The position numbers and the translations under genes are program-made. Below are positions 58,454 to 64,000 of a stretch of 64,000 nucleotides of DNA, one piece after another. How positions within the stretch are numbered: position 1 is the stretch's first letter; each line of letters starts with the position of its first letter. A model generated the notes under the pieces. The model searched no databases. It worked only from the letters and a program-made list of their open reading frames with translations, and had not been told where the DNA came from. The stretch covers positions 135,284,001 to 135,348,000 of the forward strand of contig NC_059427.1 in NCBI RefSeq assembly GCF_021028975.2, read 5' to 3'. The DNA is from Sphaerodactylus townsendi (lineage: Eukaryota).

Positions 58454-61030
58454 TATGTATTTTACAACAAGATTGCCCCCTGTTGATGTATTCTGTTTCC
58501 CACAACATTTCCTATAAAATAGAAAGTGTGCACCCTCTCAGAGCTTCACTCAGGAGAAGCCAAATGAGGAGGTAACACAGCCCTCCAGTTAAAGCTTACT
58601 TCTTTTGACCTCTAGCCTCTCTGGTTCCATTATTGGCCTGGAATATTGAGATACAGAACTGATGTAAAACTGGGACATATCAAAGATACAAGAAGATCAT
58701 TCTATTCCTTCATAGCATTAAAGAAACAGCACATCTGAAGCAGGAATCACATTGAAGAAACAGCACATCTGAAGCAGCATTTCATCAGGTTTCCTGGTAA
58801 TTCTTATGGCCATTTGTTCCAACTACTACAACATGTTGGCAATTCACAAATGGCATTTTAAATGCACTTCAGTGACCAACCACTAGAAAAACATGGAGGT
58901 GGTATAAACATCAAAGAAAACAGGCGACAATGGCAAAAGAAAAAAAATACAAGAAAACAAGGCAAGAAGCTCCAGGTGCAACCCCCACCCCCACCCCTCT
59001 GTGAGTTTAGCTGGGCAGCAGGCAAAGAGGAAAAGGGAACACCTGCAATAAGCTAGTAGGAGCCTGCAATGCACTTCAGCAGACTTTGCAACCCACTTGT
59101 GGGTTGCATTCCACAGATTGAGAAATGCTGCCCTAGATCCAATACCACAATGTTTGTGTTGAGTAGCAACACACTCTTCTTGCAATCATTGGACTCCCTG
59201 GTTTTATTTACTTATGGAGTGGGTAACCTGCTGGTCCTTAACTGAGAGTCCTCCCCAGTGGATCAGAACAAGGAGATAAATAATAGAACCTACTTCATTC
59301 ATTTCTTTAGTTTTCAGACAGCATATATTAAGATTTTGCAAGGACTGAATGATATTTTATACTTATTATTCCTTCAGGTTAACTAAATGAATTTGAATTT
59401 TGTGCATGATGTCACCCAACTGTACCTGAACATTTTACTGTGACCATGAATGAAACTTAAATGACAGTGAGATACATATAGTCCTAGCAGCTTTTTGGCT
59501 TGTGATATACTGTTAATGTGGCCATTTCTGACAAATGACCTAGGGGTGTGGTTTACTACTTAACTCAAGGGTGGGGAAACATTAATTTTGTTGTTAAGAC
59601 TATAAAATGAGCACTGATGCCGGCCTCTTATGTATGCTGCTGCTTCAGAATTCCCCACATGGACAGGTTGCTAGTCCTGACAGCCCAGGCTCACAGTAAG
59701 CCAAGAGTTATCGCATTCCTTCAAAGGGTTGCCAGGCAGCAGCTGACTGCCCCACAGGAGGAAATGGAGGATGGGGCCTGATGCGACAGATGGGGCCTGG
59801 AATGTAGGCATCACACTGGCAAGCTTATGTTGCTTCCAGCAAAATGTAAGTGGCATACTTTGTAATATTTTGCAGAAACTCTGTGATAAAACTGGTCTTT
59901 ACTGGTGGTGACATTAGAGTGCTGACTCCCCTTCCCATTTCCTCCCACTGGTGCTTAAGCTGTCAGTGAGTAAGTAGAGGAGGCCTGACATCTATATATC
60001 CCACAAGTATAAAAATGGTGTGGCCTGTCATACTCAGGCTTGGACCAAGGGCAGCTATACATGAATCCAGATATGGATTGTCTGTCCCTAAGACCTTGCT
60101 CTCCATTGCTGGAGGCTGGAATTTGAACACTGTAACGGCAGAAGATGCTGCTCTCATAGCTAGACCAGAGAATGTAGGCATGTAGATGTTTTGTACTGCC
60201 TGTTCATCTGAGAGGCTTCTGCCCCTAAAGTGGAATCTGATCCCAGAGTACACACTTTCCATGGTAACTCACTAGATGAACTCTTGGCTTCAAACTGCAA
60301 AGTTCCTAGTTGAATCTCTGGAGTTCCTCTGTGGTGCTGTGCCCAAACTCTGTGTCAAAACAGGTTTAGTTGGTAATGTGCTGACCAATAAGAGCTGCTG
60401 GATGAAAATAATTGTTTTTTTTTTCTCAAGTTGCAAACTTGACACCACAGTAAAGTGGAAACTGAACTTTATTACTTTATGGTGATGGATGCTTATCTCT
60501 CGCCAAGGTGCCAAGGGACAAATATCCCAATCTAATGACACTCTCCCCCACTACTTGTTAACAGCAAATCAGTAGATACCCAGGAGATTTTGTTAAAAAT
60601 TCTGTCTGTCACAGGTATAACAGGAAACAGGTCTTGCAAGAACTGTGTTGGGAAGGGTGACAACAAAGTATTGATTGCTGGTGACTAATATCTGTAGCCA
60701 AAATTGTGATAATGGTGCCAAAGGAATGCAAGCCATTGTTCTAGAAAAAGAAATCTTCAGGCATTTTTTGTAAATTGATTCCCCACAATTGGAATCTTGA
60801 ATATAGATACTTGTGGCCAAGTATAAGATTTTTTGGGGGTGGTGGTGGTAATATTATATCTAATTTATTCTTTTTTTCTGGAGCAACATAATGCTGAGAG
60901 GTGGCTTTATGACATTTGTCAAAACTGGCCCTGAAAGCTCCATCTCAGACATCTTGGAGTGCTACAGTTGGAACAAATGCTGTCAAATCAGTTTTGTTTG
61001 CAGTTGCCATAACCAGTCAATACATGAGAG

Positions 61031-61305
61031 GTGGGAGCCAGTGTGTGTGGTCTCTGATTTGGAGAACTGGGTTTGATTCCTAGCTCCTTCACATGAGCGG
61101 CAGACACTAATCTGGTGAAATGGATTTGTTTTCCCACTGCTCCGCATGAGGCCTGCTGGGTGACCTTGGGCTAGTCACAGTTCCATTCACAACTCCCTCA
61201 GTCTCACCTACCTCACAAGGTGTCTGTTGAGGGGAAAGGAAGGCAAGTAGTTTGCTAACTGTTTTAAGACTCCTTAGGGGAGTGAAAGTTGGGGTATACT
61301 CCTCT
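61031..61305 (+). mobile_element. Older Squam3-like SINE
   Basis: GGGTTTGATTCC B-box, GCTGGGTGACCTTGGGCTAGTCACAG core, and CCTCACAAGGTGTCTGTTG. Confidence 0.78.
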
Positions 61306-61707
61306 TGGTTTTTTCTCATGGTACACATCTTGATCATTATGGGTACACTGAGGCAAAAAATATAATTGGCCATCTTTGTACCCAATTAGGGCCCTCTACA
61401 CTGTCAACGATTAAAAAGTACGAATCAGTTTTAAAAACAATATGTATGTATAAAACCAACATGTAAAGATGTGGATTGTGATATTTGTTGGAAAATTAAA
61501 TTAGTGGTAACGTAGATATAACTTGGTTCAAAAACTGAGTGATGCATTTCTACGTATAAAAAATAAGTTTTATTTTCTTCTGTTTGTTAATTTATGGCTC
61601 CTTTGGTGTTGAGTGATGAAATTAAGTTCTCTTTCTACTTGATGTTTTGAAATGAATATCTTTAGTATGCTAGGATCAACATTCCCCGCAAGGGGCACAG
61701 ATGCACT

Positions 61708-62777
61708 TAGAGTCGTATTTTCCTAGGGGCATGGGGTACCCTATGTCCCCAGGCACCTCCATTTGGTCACGTGGGGGGTGTGCGCAAAAATTTCAGGTTT
61801 GTGGTTTTTTTTTATTTTTAGTGCTTTTTCAGTTTATGGCCTGCAGGGGGTGCAGTTGTTAGTCTAGCAGCACCAAAATTTCAGGGTTTTTTTTCAGGAG
61901 ACTCTCCTGATGATACCACCCAGGTTTGGTGAGGTTTGGTTTAGGGGGTCCAAAGTTATGGACTCCCAAAAGGGGTGCTCCCATCCCCCATTGTTTCCAA
62001 TGGGAGCTAATAGGAGATGGGGGCTACACATTTGAGGGTCCATAACCTTGGACCCTGTGAACCAAACTTCACCAAACCTTGGTGATATCATCAGGAGAGT
62101 CTCCTAAAGATACCCTGAAAGTTTGGTGCTGCTAGCTTAACAATTGCACCCCTGACAGCAGGTACCCTCCAAATTTCCCCAGATTCTCCTTCTAAATACA
62201 CCCCCTCCGCATGGACTTAAAGGGAGAATCTGAGGTTCCCATTGAAAATGGGGGAAACATTGAAAATGATGCTGTTTCAGGGTGGGGGAGAATCCACCCC
62301 AAAACAGCATCACTTTCAATGTTTTTTTAACTGGGGACCCCAGATTCTCCCTTTAAGGTGGATTTAAAAGAAGAATCTGGGCTCCCTAGTTTAAACACCA
62401 TTGAAAGTGATGCTGTTTGGGGGTGGATTCCACTGGAGGTGTTTTGTGAGAGATGATGCTGATATTTGTTTGGTAAATGTTTTGCTGGGTGTGATTTGTG
62501 AGAGATTTACATGCTTAATACCCACTTGCACTGGCTTGGAGCTGTTTCTCAGGCTAACAACCTACCTCATAAAGTTGGCGTGAGGACAAAATTAGGAAAG
62601 AGAGTTGGTGGGGAGAGAGCCATGTATGTTTTTCTGGGGGTGGGAGGTGTTTTGTGTGCTGGTGCAAAAAATCATTGTTTGGTCGTGGTGGGGGAGGGTG
62701 GCAGCCCATACTAGGGGGAGGGGGGTGCCAAACGCAGGTTTTGTCCCCAGGCTCCAGTTTGCCTAGATACGCCTCTG
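61708..62777. mobile_element. hAT-like non-autonomous element with an internal inverted repeat
   Basis: TAGAGTCGTAT / ATACGCCTCTG termini, degenerate TSD GATGCACT / GATGCCCG, and internal inverted arms at about 61865-62135. Confidence 0.68.
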
Positions 62778-63239
62778 GATGCCCGGCCGCATGGCCACTG
62801 TAATGGTGCTACGTAGATAAGGGGCTGTCTGGCAGGGAGAGCTCTCCCGGGCAGCTCAGTTCTGTGCAGCTCTTTGGAATACTTAGGGGGCCTATTGGTT
62901 AGGATTGTTCAATTGCTTAAGCATTTTGGATAGGCATGGATTGGGTTCCTCACTGTCAGTGATAAAACTGGGGAAACTTTTCCACAGGTCTTGAGAATGA
63001 GGGTCTCCAGATTAATATTTTTATTGCTTTTACACAAAATGATATCAGTTTTATTGAATGCCCACCAAATAAAATTATTGAAGGCATAGTTTCTTCTCCC
63101 TGGTTTTATATAAAGTAGTGAAAGTAACTAAGAAAGCACAATTTGGTATGATTTCTCTTTAACATAGTAAGCCTATTAAAATAGAAAAGGGAGGGGTCAA
63201 ATGGAAGAGGTGCCTTATGGAGGAAAAAGGGGATATTTT

Positions 63240-63445
63240 TTTGCCATCAAGTCATAGCTGTTTTATTGTGGCCCCACAGGGTTTGCAAGGGAAGAGACAT
63301 TCAGTAGTGGTTTGCCATTGCTTGCCTCCGAGCTATGATCCTGCTATTCCTTTCAGGTCTGCCATCCAAATACTTGCCAGGGCCAACCCTGAATAGTTTC
63401 TGAGATCTGATGAAGTTAGGCTAACCTGGGACTATCCATGTCAGA
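63240..63445 (-). mobile_element. 5S-derived SINE
   Basis: CCATCCAAATACTTGCCAGGGCCAACCCTG...TCTGAGATCTGATGA plus a GTGGTTTGCCATTGC Sauria-like tail. Confidence 0.78.
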
Positions 63446-64000
63446 GCAAAAGAGTCCCAAGTTTTACTCCGTTACCCAGGATCCATGCAATGCTGAAAAC
63501 AGCCCTGGCTGTGCCTGTCAGAGGGCTGAGCCCATACATGAACTACCACATCCAGTGCTCTTAAGCATCAGTTTATTTTTCATCCTTACTGAAGCAATGA
63601 AGAGGATATATGTTTTCTGAGGAAGTGTGTAAGCCTGAAGGAACTACCAGTGAAACCTGTTTGCGGTCTCAGAATGCAAAACAAAAACTTTTGATTATTT
63701 TTAAATGAGTAAAGAGTTTGCAGATGGTCAAAACCTGAAGTGTTGGATGCAGTCCTACTGGGATCTTGGAAAAGAAACAGGTTTCTTACTGGCTGCTGTG
63801 GGTTAAGTTCCATGGAATGTAACTCACAGGTGTAACTCACTGAAATTTCCACGAATGGGTATGTGGAAAGAGTAAATATTTTAGTGTCTTGGCAAGGGGC
63901 CCATGTGATTGTCATAAGATTACTAAAATATTGCTTTAAGTCACCATCTTCAACTGGGCACTGATTGTGTGTGTTAAAACTGTGGTTTATACAACACTTA

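Noticed and set aside
57871-58517. 165-172 aa Pro/Gly-rich repetitive ORFs
   Set aside because: They are internal tandem repeats of the TcMar non-autonomous element.
58955-59057. CAAG|GCAAGAAG resembling the start of MAP2K6 exon 2 (GKKR...)
   Set aside because: No polypyrimidine tract, and the downstream translation does not match GKKRNPGLKIPKEAF.
59963-60262. 99-aa minus-strand ORF in MAP2K6 intron 1
   Set aside because: No recognisable homology or splice support, and the length is within chance expectation.

Overview
Vertebrate genomic DNA, almost certainly from a squamate reptile and probably a gecko, judging by Sauria-, Squam3- and 5S-type SINEs, BovB/CR1/L2/R4 LINEs, Penelope-like elements and many hAT/Harbinger/TcMar MITEs. 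Two genes lie head-to-head, as at human 17q24.3. The 5' end of ABCA5 is on the minus strand: a CpG-island promoter and probable non-coding exon 1 near 18.7 kb, then five coding exons between 8174 and 2232, with the gene running off the left edge. The promoter and exon 1 of MAP2K6 (MKK6) are on the plus strand at about 50.07-50.37 kb, with intron 1 running off the right edge. The rest is intronic or intergenic, repeat-dense, and has one N-gap (48039-48167). Most notable observations: (1) an exact 59-bp inverted copy of the MAP2K6 5'UTR fused to a LINE 3' end about 620 bp upstream of the gene, suggesting a template-switch chimera; (2) fold-back Penelope-like elements with hammerhead-ribozyme cores in both polarities; (3) two uORFs in the MAP2K6 leader that appear conserved; (4) an identical 42-bp ZNF143/THAP11-motif palindrome inside two unrelated DNA-transposon families; (5) a nested Gmr1-like Gypsy/R4/BovB relic in ABCA5 intron 1; (6) strong TGCA enrichment around the MAP2K6 first exon. 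No prokaryote-type system is present. Comparisons with human sequence are from memory and need confirming by alignment.
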